From the NCBI RefSeq assembly GCF_028368995.1, contig NZ_JAQNDL010000002.1, positions 1-64,000 on the forward strand: DNA of 64,000 bases. The letters are read 5' to 3'. Positions 52,331 through 61,596 of this stretch are shown here, in pieces. The position numbers and the translations under genes are program-made. Each line of letters begins with the position of its first letter. The first letter of the stretch is position 1. Below the pieces are notes generated by a model that ran no database searches, had not been told where the DNA came from, and saw nothing but the letters and a program-made list of their open reading frames with translations. The stretch is from Nannocystis bainbridge (GTDB lineage: Bacteria; Myxococcota_A; Polyangia; Nannocystales; Nannocystaceae).

Positions 52331-54051
52331 GCGTCGGTCTCCTCGGAGACGGTGCGGAAGGCCTCGCTGACGACGAGGTCGAGCAGCAGCTGCTTGAAGC
52401 GGTGGTCGGCCTTGATGAAGCGCTGCTCGAGCGCGTCGAGGGCCGGGAACTCGGACAGCGCAGGCAGGCGGCCGGTGGCGTGGCGGTACAGCTGGTTGAC
52501 GATGCAGCGACCGACGCGCGGGTCGGTCTTGAGCGCCTCGGCGAGGTCGCGCGCGCCGTCCAGCGGGATGCCGTCGAGGTTGCCGCTGGCGTCGACCGGG
52601 TAGCCGTTGTCGAGCGTGCGGTAGCCGCCGACCGAGTCGAAGTGCTCGAACAGGAACCCGGGCGGGTCGATGATCGAGTGACAGCCGGCGCACACCGGAT
52701 CCTTCTGGTGCTGCTCGAGCTTCTCGCGCACGGTCTGGGCGTCCATGTCCTCGTCGTCGCCGAGGTCGGTGTCGACGTCGCCGGGCGGCGGCGGGATGAC
52801 CTGACACAGCACCCGCTCGCGCACGTACTTGCCGCGGTTGGTCGGCGAGGTGATGGTCTCGTGCGCGTTCATGGTGAGGAAGGCGCCGAGCGTGAGGATG
52901 CCGGCGCGCGGGCCGTCGACGGGCAGGTCGACCGGGACGAAGGTGATCGGCGAGGCGCCCTCGGCCTCGATGTCGTAGAGCGCGGCCAGCTCGGCGTTGA
53001 CGAAGGTGTGGCGGGTGCTGAACAGCTGGCGGATGTCGCTGTCGCTGCGGTGGATCAGGTCGTCGACGAGCAGCTGGACCTCGGTGCGCATCGACGCGGT
53101 CATGGTCGGGCTGAACATCGGCCAGCGCGCGGGGTCGCGGGCGACGTGGTCGAGGCGCGCGAGGTCGAGGTACTGGGCGAAGAACTCCTGCAGGGCGACG
53201 CGGGCGCGCGGGTCCTCGAGCAGGCGCTCGGCCTCGGCGACGAGGCCGGCCTCGGTGTGGAGGTCGCCGCTGCCGGCGGCGTCGAGCAGGACGTCGTCGG
53301 GCGGGCCGTTCCACAGCAGGAAGGACAGGCGCGTCGCCATCTCCCAGCCGGTGAAGCGCAGCCGCGTCGGGTCGTTCGGGTCGGGCTCGCCGAGCTCGAC
53401 GCGGTACAGGAAATGCGGCGACTGCAGGACGCCGGCGACCGCGAATTGCAGGCCGCGCCAGGCGTCGCCCTCGGCCAGCTGGGTGGCGACGTCGGTCCAG
53501 CGGGCCTGCTCGGCGCCGGTCAGCGGGCGGCGATAAGCGCGGCGGCCGAAGCTGGCGAGGAAGTTCTGCACGCAGCCGTCGCCGGGCGACAGCGGGACGC
53601 AGCCGACCAGCGCCTCGCGTCGGGCCTGATCGGTGAAGACGGCCCGCGCGAGGGCGTCGGCGGCCTCCTCGTACTGCTGCACCCCGAGTTCGGAGATGAA
53701 AGTGCTGGTCGCGCCGATGTTGTAGAAGAGGTACGGGTTGGTGTCGGGCTCGAGCGGCAGGCCGGGCAGGCCGGGGCCGAGCAGGTGGGCGATCGCGTTG
53801 CGGTACTGCGAGGCGGTGAGGCGCGGCAGGACCGGCTCGGCCGGCTCGAAGGCCTCGGGCGAGTCGCCGCTGTCGCTGTCGCTGCCGCCGGTGTCGGTCG
53901 GATCGCCGGAGCCGACGGTGGCGTCGGTGCCGGCCGACTCACCGCTGCTGCTCGCGGGCTGGTCGCTGTCCCGGGCGCTGTTGTCGTCATAGCAGGCGCT
54001 GGCGAGCACGAGCAGCGCACCGGCGATTCCGAGCCGAGGGAACCTCACCAT
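52327..54051 (-). CDS. DUF1587/1595/1592/1588/1585 lipoprotein with CxxCH
   Basis: Lipobox LASAC; RLTASQYRN, RAYRRP, QSPHFLYR, MATRLSFLLW, TSPTNRG, CAGCH. Confidence 0.9.
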   Translation of the reverse strand: MVRFPRLGIAGALLVLASACYDDNSARDSDQPASSSGESAGTDATVGSGDPTDTGGSDSDSGDSPEAFEPAEPVLPRLTASQYRNAIAHLLGPGLPGLPLEPDTNPYLFYNIGATSTFISELGVQQYEEAADALARAVFTDQARREALVGCVPLSPGDGCVQNFLASFGRRAYRRPLTGAEQARWTDVATQLAEGDAWRGLQFAVAGVLQSPHFLYRVELGEPDPNDPTRLRFTGWEMATRLSFLLWNGPPDDVLLDAAGSGDLHTEAGLVAEAERLLEDPRARVALQEFFAQYLDLARLDHVARDPARWPMFSPTMTASMRTEVQLLVDDLIHRSDSDIRQLFSTRHTFVNAELAALYDIEAEGASPITFVPVDLPVDGPRAGILTLGAFLTMNAHETITSPTNRGKYVRERVLCQVIPPPPGDVDTDLGDDEDMDAQTVREKLEQHQKDPVCAGCHSIIDPPGFLFEHFDSVGGYRTLDNGYPVDASGNLDGIPLDGARDLAEALKTDPRVGRCIVNQLYRHATGRLPALSEFPALDALEQRFIKADHRFKQLLLDLVVSEAFRTVSEETDA

Positions 54052-54111
54052 ACAGTCGGAGGTTCTATCACGATTCGCTGCGGGCCCGCCGGCCCGCGCG
54101 TGCGGACGCTA

Positions 54112-54130
54112 CTGTCCCTTGGGACAGGTC
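54112..54130. repeat. 14-bp palindrome copy upstream of the DUF1592 gene
   Basis: TGTCCCTTGGGACA at 54114. Confidence 0.7.
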
Positions 54131-54314
54131 CTTGCGGGGGCGGCCGGCGACGCGTTCGCGGGCCGGGCGGGCGCGATGGCTCGCGGAGCCGGGTCGGTTC
54201 CGAGCGCCGCGGCGGCCCGGTCGTTCGCGGCTGGCGGCGGCGCGCCTCGCAGGTCCTTCGCGCGCCTTTACGAGGCCGCGCTGCGCCGGGCGGGCGAACT
54301 CGACTTCGCGGACG

Positions 54315-56456
54315 TCAGCCGGCGTAGCTGAGGAACTTCGGATCGACCGCCGGGCCCTTTTGCAGGATCTCGGTCGCCTGCTCGACCGCCTCGCGGCCGC
54401 CCGCGAAGGTGACGACCTCGCCGAGCGCCAGCTTGTGGCGGGTGATCGGCTGCGGGACCTCGGTGCCGTCGGGGCGGTGGATGGTGAGGATGGCGACGCC
54501 GGTGCGCAGGCGCAGGTTGAGCTGCGAAAGGCTGCGACCGAGGCCGGCGCTGGTCTCGACGATCTGCACCGCGGTCATGCCGGGCAGGCCGGGGAGAATC
54601 TCCTCGACGGTGGGCTCGGGGGGCTCGATGATCGCCGGCGAGCCGTGGTGCGACTCAGCGGCCCTGCGGCTCTGGCGGCCGAGCATCTCGACCACCAGCT
54701 CGGCGCCGGCGCGCACGTGGCCCTGGAGGTTCTTGATGCTGCGCCAGGCGTTGACGGCGAGGGCGAGGATGATGAGGGCGAACACCGCGAAGGTGGAGCC
54801 CGGGGGCACGAACGGCTGGGTGATGGCGACCAGCGGCAGGCCGACGGCGAGGCCGAGCGCGAGCTGGAACACGACGATGATGAGGTTGCGCGGGGCGGCG
54901 CCGAGGTCGGGCCGGGACGTGCCGTCGTTCGGGCGCTCGGGCATGACGATGCGCGCGAGGATGTTGGCGAGGTTGACGCTCTGGCGGATGACGCCGACGA
55001 AGAAGATCGCTGCGACCACGAGGGTGACGCCGGTGAAGGCGGGCCCGACCAGCCACTCCGGCAGGGTGAAGCGGTCGTGCAGCGCCTCGACCACGCGCTT
55101 TTGGACCAGACGCGCGCCGGCGAGGCTGGCGATCAGCAGCGCCGCGTCGACGCCGAGCAGGATGATCGTGCGGCGGATCCGCTGCCAGGTCGAGACCGTG
55201 CCGCGGGCCGACTTGAGCTGCTCGATCCACGTCTCGTAGAAGGTGACGAACGTCTGCAAGCGGGCCGGCAGGCGGCGGTCGACCGCGTCGGCGACCCGCT
55301 CGGAGTTGCGGACCATCCACGGGGTCGTGAGCGAGGTGAGCAGCGAGACGGCGACGGCGACCGGATAGATGAAGCTGCCGGTGGCGCCGCGGGCGATGCC
55401 GAGGCCGGCGATGATGAACGAGAACTCGCCGATCTGGGCCAGGCTCATGCCGGAGCGGACCGAGTGCTTGATGCCGTTGCCGGTGAGGAAGGCGCCGAGC
55501 GCCACGCCGAAGGTCTTGCCGACCAGGACCAGCGCGGTGAGCACGAGCACCGGCAGCCAGTGGGTGGCGACGTCCATCGGGTTGATCGACAGGCCGACGG
55601 CGATAAAGAAGATGGCGGCGAAGATGTCGCGCAGCGGCTGGACCAGGTGCTCGACCTTGCCGCCCTCGCCCGACTCGGACACCAGCATGCCGGCGAGGAA
55701 GGCCCCGAGCGCGACCGAGTAGCCGGCCTCGGCGGCGAGCGTGGCCATGGTGAAGCACACGGCGATGCCGGCGATCAGGGTGGTCTCGGAGCGGCTGAGG
55801 CGGACGACGCCGCGGATGAAGCGCGGCACGACGAGCAGGCCGATGGCCAGCAGCGCGAGCAGGAACCCGAGCAGCTTGCCGATCTCGAGCGCGAACTCGC
55901 CGGTGGTGAGGCCCTCGCCGGACGACACGGCGGTGAGCACGGCGAGCAGGAGGATGGCGATGATGTCCTCGAACACGAGGATGCCGAACACGACCTCGGC
56001 GAAGCCGCCCTTGAGCTTCTGCTCCTCGAAGGCCTTGGCGACCAGCATGGTCGAGGAGATGCCGGCGCAGGCGCCGACGAACAGCGACTCGATCGGGGTG
56101 AAGCCCAGCAGCCGCGCGGCGACGAAGCCGAGGCTCAGCATGAGGCCGACCTCGACGACGGCGGTGAAGCCGGCGACGAGGCCGATCCGGGCGATCTTGC
56201 GCAGGTTGAACTCGAGGCCGATGGTGAACATCAGCAGGATGACGCCGAGTTCAGAGAGGCTGTGGGTGAGCTCCGCGCCGCCCTCGCCGCCCAGCACGAT
56301 CCCGGGGACGTGCGGGCCGAGGAGGATGCCGGCGAGCAAATAGCCGAGCACCGGCGGCTGCTTGAGGCGCTGCGAGATCAGGCTCGTGACGGCGGCTGTG
56401 CTGAGGACGATGCTCAGATCGCGGAGATGGTCGGCGAAGCCGGCTGCGGCGCTCAT
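54315..56456 (-). CDS. CPA2 cation:proton antiporter with C-terminal TrkA-C domain
   Basis: QPPVLGYLLAG, LGVILLMFTIGLEF, ISST, ILVFED, LGAFLAG, PLRDIF, LAQIGEFSFI, GRSLSQLNLRLRTG. Confidence 0.9.
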   Translation of the reverse strand: MSAAAGFADHLRDLSIVLSTAAVTSLISQRLKQPPVLGYLLAGILLGPHVPGIVLGGEGGAELTHSLSELGVILLMFTIGLEFNLRKIARIGLVAGFTAVVEVGLMLSLGFVAARLLGFTPIESLFVGACAGISSTMLVAKAFEEQKLKGGFAEVVFGILVFEDIIAILLLAVLTAVSSGEGLTTGEFALEIGKLLGFLLALLAIGLLVVPRFIRGVVRLSRSETTLIAGIAVCFTMATLAAEAGYSVALGAFLAGMLVSESGEGGKVEHLVQPLRDIFAAIFFIAVGLSINPMDVATHWLPVLVLTALVLVGKTFGVALGAFLTGNGIKHSVRSGMSLAQIGEFSFIIAGLGIARGATGSFIYPVAVAVSLLTSLTTPWMVRNSERVADAVDRRLPARLQTFVTFYETWIEQLKSARGTVSTWQRIRRTIILLGVDAALLIASLAGARLVQKRVVEALHDRFTLPEWLVGPAFTGVTLVVAAIFFVGVIRQSVNLANILARIVMPERPNDGTSRPDLGAAPRNLIIVVFQLALGLAVGLPLVAITQPFVPPGSTFAVFALIILALAVNAWRSIKNLQGHVRAGAELVVEMLGRQSRRAAESHHGSPAIIEPPEPTVEEILPGLPGMTAVQIVETSAGLGRSLSQLNLRLRTGVAILTIHRPDGTEVPQPITRHKLALGEVVTFAGGREAVEQATEILQKGPAVDPKFLSYAG

Positions 56457-56572
56457 GATGTGACCGCAAGAATACCCCAGGACGGGGCGGACTCGCGGCG
56501 GTCCCGCGTCCGCGTCCGGCGCCGCGCTGGCGGTGCGGGGGGTCGTGGTATGGTCGCAGGCCGGTCGCCCCC

Positions 56573-58630
56573 ATGTCGTCGACACCGGTTCCGCGGCCGA
56601 CCCGCCGTCTCCAGGCCGCTCGCCTCCTCGGTCTCGCGGCCGTCGGCGTGCTCGGGATGATCGTCACCGACGCGCCGTTCGGTCACTTCGGTGCGTCGAG
56701 TCAGGTGACCCTGCTCGGGGCGATCTACGCCGGGGTGCTGGTCGCGCTGTCGGGCCTGTTTTCCCTTGCGGCGCTGCAAGGTCGGCGGTGGGCGACCTGG
56801 GGTTCGTTCATCCTGCTGTCGCTGAACATCGGCGCGTTCCTGCCGGCGATGATCCACGACTTCCCGGTCGCCGGCTCGGTGATGCTGTGGAGCGTCGTCC
56901 ACGTCGCCAACGAGTTCTTCGTCGCCGACACGCGCACGCACCGGGTCCGCCGGCAAGAGCAGAAGGCGACGCCGGACGCGGTGTGGATCCAGCGCTACGG
57001 GGCGGCGGCGCGGCACATCCTGGCGGTGTCGCTGATGGCCAACCTGGCGATCGTCGGCTTCGAGATCGCGGCGTCGTGGGTGGCCGACATGACGTGCCTG
57101 GTGCTCGGCCTCGGGGTCACGGCGCTGACCGGGCCGTTCATGCTGGCGGTGGTGCGCGAGCGGCCGCGCTACCTGATCTGGCTGGCGCTGGTGCTGCTGG
57201 GGGTGCCGTGGGGGACGACGCCGCTGAACGCGGTGCTGGTGGGGCTGACGCTGTACCAGATCGTCGCGTTCGCGGTCGTGCTGGCCCGCGGGCCGCTGTT
57301 CGACGACCTCGTGCAGAGCTTCCTGCACCGGCCGGCGCTGCTGCTGCTGTCGACGTTCGGGACGATGGCGGTGACCGGGGCGCTGGTGCTGAGCTTCCCG
57401 GCGTCGGCCCGCGGCGCGCCGCTGTCGTTCATCGACGCGCTGTTCACCGCGACCAGCGCGGCCTGCATCACCGGCCTGATGGTGCTCGACACGGCGACCA
57501 CGTTCTCGGCGTTCGGCCAGGCGGTGATCCTGATCCTGATCCAGCTCGGCGGGCTCGGGATCATGGTGCTCTCGACGTTCGCGACCATCCTGCTCGGCGG
57601 CCGGCTGGCGCTGCGCAGCGAGCAGGCGCTCGAGGAGATCCTCGACATCCAGAGCCCGGGGGCGGCCTACGAGCTGGCGAGCTTCATCGTCGTGGCGACG
57701 CTGGCGCTCGAGGGGCTCGGTGCGGCGATCCTGGCGCTGCGGTTCTCGCAGGCCGGGATGGGTGTGCTCGACGCGATCTGGTACGGGGTGTTCCACTCCG
57801 TCGGGGCGTTCTGCCACGCCGGCTTCGCGCTGTGGCCGGACTCGCTGATCTCGCTGCAGGAGGACCCGGTGGTGCTGACGGTGATCATGGCGCTGGTGGT
57901 GGTCGGCAGCGTCGGCTTCTCGGTGCTGGCGGCGCTGTGGTTGCGCGCCCGCGGGGTCCACCGCCGCTTCTCGCTGCAGACGCGGGTGGTGCTGTGGATG
58001 ACGCTGGCGCTGATCGTGGTCGGGACGCTGCTCTTCGCGCTGCTCGAGTGGGACGCGACGCTGGCGGGGATGTCGACGTTCGACAAGTGGATGAACGCGC
58101 TCTTCCAGTCGATCACGCTGCGCTCGGGCGGGTTCAACTCGGTCGACTTCACCGGCGTCGAGCAGGCGACGATCGCGGTGATGATCGTGTGGATGTTCAT
58201 CGGCGCGGCCCCGGGCGGGACCGGCGGCGGGATCAAGGTGACGACCCTGGCGGTGCTGGCGGCGGCGTTCCCGGCCCTGCTCTACAACCAACCGCGCGCA
58301 GTGCTGATGCGCCGCGCGATCCCCAACGAGATCGTCTACCGCGCGGCGACCATCGTCACGGTGGCCGGGCTCATCACCGCGATCGCGGTGATCATCATGC
58401 TGGCGACCCACAAGCTGCCGTTCGCCCACGTGGTGTTCGAGGTGGTCAGCGCGGTCGGGACGGTGGGCCTGTCGCTCGGGATCACCGAAAACCTGCACGC
58501 GATCGGCAAGTGGGTCCTGATCGTGCTGATGTTCATCGGCCGGGTCGGGCCGACGTCGCTGGCGCTGGCCCTGGGGGCGCAGAAGACCGGCCGGGTGACG
58601 TTCCCCGAGGGCCGGCTGATGGTCGGGTAA
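56573..58630 (+). CDS. TrkH/KtrB potassium uptake protein with extra N-terminal membrane domain
   Basis: Four pore loops ATSAACITGL, AFCHAGF, TLRSGGF, SAVGTVGLS; QLGGLG; MFIGAAPGGTGGGIK; MFIGRVGP. Confidence 0.9.
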   Translation: MSSTPVPRPTRRLQAARLLGLAAVGVLGMIVTDAPFGHFGASSQVTLLGAIYAGVLVALSGLFSLAALQGRRWATWGSFILLSLNIGAFLPAMIHDFPVAGSVMLWSVVHVANEFFVADTRTHRVRRQEQKATPDAVWIQRYGAAARHILAVSLMANLAIVGFEIAASWVADMTCLVLGLGVTALTGPFMLAVVRERPRYLIWLALVLLGVPWGTTPLNAVLVGLTLYQIVAFAVVLARGPLFDDLVQSFLHRPALLLLSTFGTMAVTGALVLSFPASARGAPLSFIDALFTATSAACITGLMVLDTATTFSAFGQAVILILIQLGGLGIMVLSTFATILLGGRLALRSEQALEEILDIQSPGAAYELASFIVVATLALEGLGAAILALRFSQAGMGVLDAIWYGVFHSVGAFCHAGFALWPDSLISLQEDPVVLTVIMALVVVGSVGFSVLAALWLRARGVHRRFSLQTRVVLWMTLALIVVGTLLFALLEWDATLAGMSTFDKWMNALFQSITLRSGGFNSVDFTGVEQATIAVMIVWMFIGAAPGGTGGGIKVTTLAVLAAAFPALLYNQPRAVLMRRAIPNEIVYRAATIVTVAGLITAIAVIIMLATHKLPFAHVVFEVVSAVGTVGLSLGITENLHAIGKWVLIVLMFIGRVGPTSLALALGAQKTGRVTFPEGRLMVG

Positions 58631-58632
58631 CG

Positions 58633-58708
58633 GCTGGCCGAAAGGGCATGTCCTTTCGGACATGGCCATTCGGGCATGCGCGTTTGGGCATGTCTGAACG
58701 GGCAGGTT
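58633..58708. repeat. Phased 14-bp array filling a convergent intergenic gap
   Basis: Centres at 58633, 58647, 58661, 58675, 58689, 58703. Confidence 0.9.
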
Positions 58709-58712
58709 CAGA

Positions 58713-59360
58713 TCAGTTCGGCAGGCAGGGGATGAGGACGCCGTCGTTGCTGATGACGCAGGTGCTGCCCGCGGGGCACTCGGGCGCTTCGGGGCTGCCC
58801 TCGCACAGAGGGACGCACACGGGACCGAGGGTGTCGGGGTCGGTGCCGAGGCAGATCGATTGCGCGTCGCAGGAGTCGATGAGGCGCGTCGGGTGGGGCT
58901 CGATGGTGCACGGCTCGCCGACGCCGTCAGGGTCGGGGTCGAGCGGGACGCAGGCGGTCGTGTGCCAGGGGGCGCCCTCCTCGCTGCTGGCGGGGACGCA
59001 CTTCTCGCCACTGGGACAGTTCTGCAGGAAGGGGTTGCAGGTGCTGCAGCGGGCCTGCTGTTCGCCGAGGCCGGCGACGCAGTTGCCGACGTCGGGCGGG
59101 GTGATGAAGGTGCCGCCCTCGCTGCTGGTGGCGGCGGTGCCTGGATCGGGCTCGACCGAGGTGGTGGTCGGCGCGGCGGTGGTGCTGGTCGCGGTGGTGG
59201 TGGTCGTCGTTGAAGGGCCGGTTGTCGTGGTGAGGCCGCCCGTGCTGTCCGGATTGCTGTCAGTGCCGTCGGTGGTGGACATCGGCGCCTGGGGGCCGCA
59301 GGCGACGGTGAGGAGCGCGAGGGCGAAGGGTAGAGCCAGGGCGGAAGCAGGCGAGGTCAC
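58713..59360 (-). CDS. Cys-rich lipoprotein with Thr-rich linker
   Basis: Lipobox LTVAC; CNPFLQNCPSGEKC..., CVPLC. Confidence 0.8.
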   Translation of the reverse strand: MTSPASALALPFALALLTVACGPQAPMSTTDGTDSNPDSTGGLTTTTGPSTTTTTTATSTTAAPTTTSVEPDPGTAATSSEGGTFITPPDVGNCVAGLGEQQARCSTCNPFLQNCPSGEKCVPASSEEGAPWHTTACVPLDPDPDGVGEPCTIEPHPTRLIDSCDAQSICLGTDPDTLGPVCVPLCEGSPEAPECPAGSTCVISNDGVLIPCLPN

Positions 59361-59417
59361 GCAGCGAGCGTAGCAACGGCCGGGCCGGATGGCCGGGATT
59401 TTTCGCGGCGGCGCGAG

Positions 59418-59536
59418 GGTGTGCGTGAGGAGATGTCTCGAAGGAGATGTCTCTCGAGACATTTGATTGTCAGGGCCGGTCGGCGAGGCGCTCGCAGTCG
59501 CGATCGGCGGACTCGCGGCATGTCTCGAAGGACAGG
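59418..59536. repeat. 14-bp palindrome array and copy
   Basis: Centres at 59418, 59432, 59446, 59460; then 59519/59533. Confidence 0.8.
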
Positions 59537-59790
59537 TCATCGGGCTCGTCCGCGTGTAGCGGATCGGTCGCGTCACCCGTGGTCGGGTCGGCGGTGGTGC
59601 CGGTGGTCGAGGTGGTGGTCTCGTCGTCGGTGGTCGTGGCCGATTCGACGGTGATGGTGGTATCGAAGGTGGTCGACCAGGTGTGCTCGTCGAGGTGCTG
59701 GTGCTGGTGCTGGTGCTGGTATCGAAGGTGGTCTCGAGGGGCGCTGACAGAGGTGCGCAGGCGCGAGGTGGCGCTCGGGCGGCGGCGTAG
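59470..59790 (-). pseudogene. Frameshifted Ser/Thr-rich linker relic
   Basis: LETTFDTSTSTSTSTSTST in one frame, then STTFDTTITVESATTTDDETTT...DPTTG in another; TGGTGC hexamer run near 59695-59720. Confidence 0.4.
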
Positions 59791-59795
59791 GGCGA

Positions 59796-61334
59796 TCACT
59801 CGCCGTCGAGCAGGGCGCGGAGCTCGGGGTCGTCGCGGGCGACCGGGCGGATCAATTGGTCGAGACGCTCGCGTTGCCACCAGTCGGCGCTGCCGCGCGG
59901 GGCGAACCAGTAGCGGTAGACCTCGACGCGGACGAACCGCGGGGAACCGCCGGCGAACTGCGGGGGATCGGCGAACAGGCTCAGGACGGTCGGCTCGCCG
60001 GCGAGCAGGCGATCGAGGAGGTTGAACAGCCAGGTCTCGCGCGCGAGGGTGCCGTTGCCGGCGACGTCGAGCGCGGCGAACCACATGAGCCAGTCGAGGC
60101 GGCGATGGTACGGGGAGATCCAGCACGGCCGCCGATCGACGGGGCCGGGCTTGCACGGGAGTTGATAGGGGCGCCAGGTGGCGGTGTCGTCGGGGACGGC
60201 GGCGTCGGTGCCTTCGATCTGCAGCTCGTGGCGGACGGTGCTGATGCTGCCGAAGGCGCCGTAGGTGTTGACGAGATGCAGGCGATCGAAGGATGCGTTC
60301 ATCTGCTGGCGCCGGCCGGCGAGGTTGGCGACGACGTCGAGGCTGAGCCAGGCGACGACGAGGGCGTAACTGGCGGCGGTGACGACGGCGGCGCGGGTGG
60401 GGCGAGCTTCGAGATCGCCGAGGCGCGCGCGCAGGCGGGCGGGGACGAGGCGGCGCAGGGTGGCGTCGTCGAGGCAAGCGAGCAGCGGGACGAGGGTGAG
60501 CCAGTTGAGGAAGGAGAGGTTGCCGCTGACGATGAGGGTCAGCTGAAAGGCGATCATGCCGAGCGCGGCGAGCAGCCGCAGGCGTCGCGGGCCGAACACG
60601 AACCACGGCAGCACGAGCTCGGCGAGGTGGTTGAAGACGACGCCGGCGCGCAGGACCACGGGCGGCAGGTGGTGGAGGTAGAAGCTGAGAGGGTTCGGGA
60701 TCGGCTGGGTCTCGAAGTGGCTCTCGAGACAGGTGAGCTCGGCCCAGCACGGGTCGCCGCGCAGCTTGATGAGGCCGGAGCCGAGCATGATGCGGAAGGC
60801 GAGCCAGCGCAGCAGGACGATGGCGAGGTAAGCAGGCGGGCGATCGCCGGCGAGCGGCCGCACGCGCCAGAGCGGGCCCAGGAGGGCGCACAGCAGCGTC
60901 GTCTCGAGCAGCTGGATCTCCCAGCCGAAGGCGTACCAGCGGCCGCCGACGTGGACGATCGAGAGGTACAGGGCCCACAGGACGAGCAGGAGGATCGCGC
61001 TCTCGCAGCCGAGCAGCAGGAGGATCGAGAGCACGAGGCCGACGACGCTGACGGCCTGCAGGGCGGCGTCGGAGATGTCGAAGTAGAACAGGGTCGGGCG
61101 GGCGAAGAAGTCGTCGACGGGGCCCGCCGGGGTGATGCCGGCGGCGCCGACGAGCGGGACGAGCTGGGTGACGGCGGTGGCGAACGCGGCGACGAACACG
61201 AGGCCGAGCAGGCGCAGGACGACGAAGCGGGTCAGGACGTAGTTGCCCTCGCTACGCGGGCCGGAGACGAGCCGGCGAAGCCGCGAGACGAGGCGCTGCC
61301 CCGGTGTCTCGAGCTCACGCGGATCGGGCTCCAT
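59796..61334 (-). CDS. Lipase maturation factor (LMF) family membrane protein
   Basis: LRLLGLVF, WYAFGWEIQLLE, RWLAFRIMLGSGLIKLRGD, HFETQPIPNP, SGNLSFLN, NTYGAF, CKPG, SPYHRRLDWLMWFAA. Confidence 0.95.
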   Translation of the reverse strand: MEPDPRELETPGQRLVSRLRRLVSGPRSEGNYVLTRFVVLRLLGLVFVAAFATAVTQLVPLVGAAGITPAGPVDDFFARPTLFYFDISDAALQAVSVVGLVLSILLLLGCESAILLLVLWALYLSIVHVGGRWYAFGWEIQLLETTLLCALLGPLWRVRPLAGDRPPAYLAIVLLRWLAFRIMLGSGLIKLRGDPCWAELTCLESHFETQPIPNPLSFYLHHLPPVVLRAGVVFNHLAELVLPWFVFGPRRLRLLAALGMIAFQLTLIVSGNLSFLNWLTLVPLLACLDDATLRRLVPARLRARLGDLEARPTRAAVVTAASYALVVAWLSLDVVANLAGRRQQMNASFDRLHLVNTYGAFGSISTVRHELQIEGTDAAVPDDTATWRPYQLPCKPGPVDRRPCWISPYHRRLDWLMWFAALDVAGNGTLARETWLFNLLDRLLAGEPTVLSLFADPPQFAGGSPRFVRVEVYRYWFAPRGSADWWQRERLDQLIRPVARDDPELRALLDGE

Positions 61335-61489
61335 CGCTCGCGCAGGCTAGCGCAGTTGCTTCGACGCGCGTGGACGGGGCGGTCGCGCGGGGCGAGGGTC
61401 GGCCGCGCGTGGGCCGGGGCGCTCGCTCGCTGACGACGAGGCGCAGGGACCGCGAGGCGGGTCGACGAGCGTGCGGGCGCCGGGGAATG

Positions 61490-61510
61490 ATATGTCCGAA
61501 GAGACAGGTA
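61490..61510. repeat. 14-bp palindrome copy between divergent genes
   Basis: TGTCCGAAGAGACA at 61494. Confidence 0.7.
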
Positions 61511-61596
61511 ACGCATCCACCGGGGCGGCTCCGCGCGTGCAGACCGATGGCCAAGCGCGGGGGCTTGGGCGTAGGCTGCGAGCAGCGAGGGGACGA

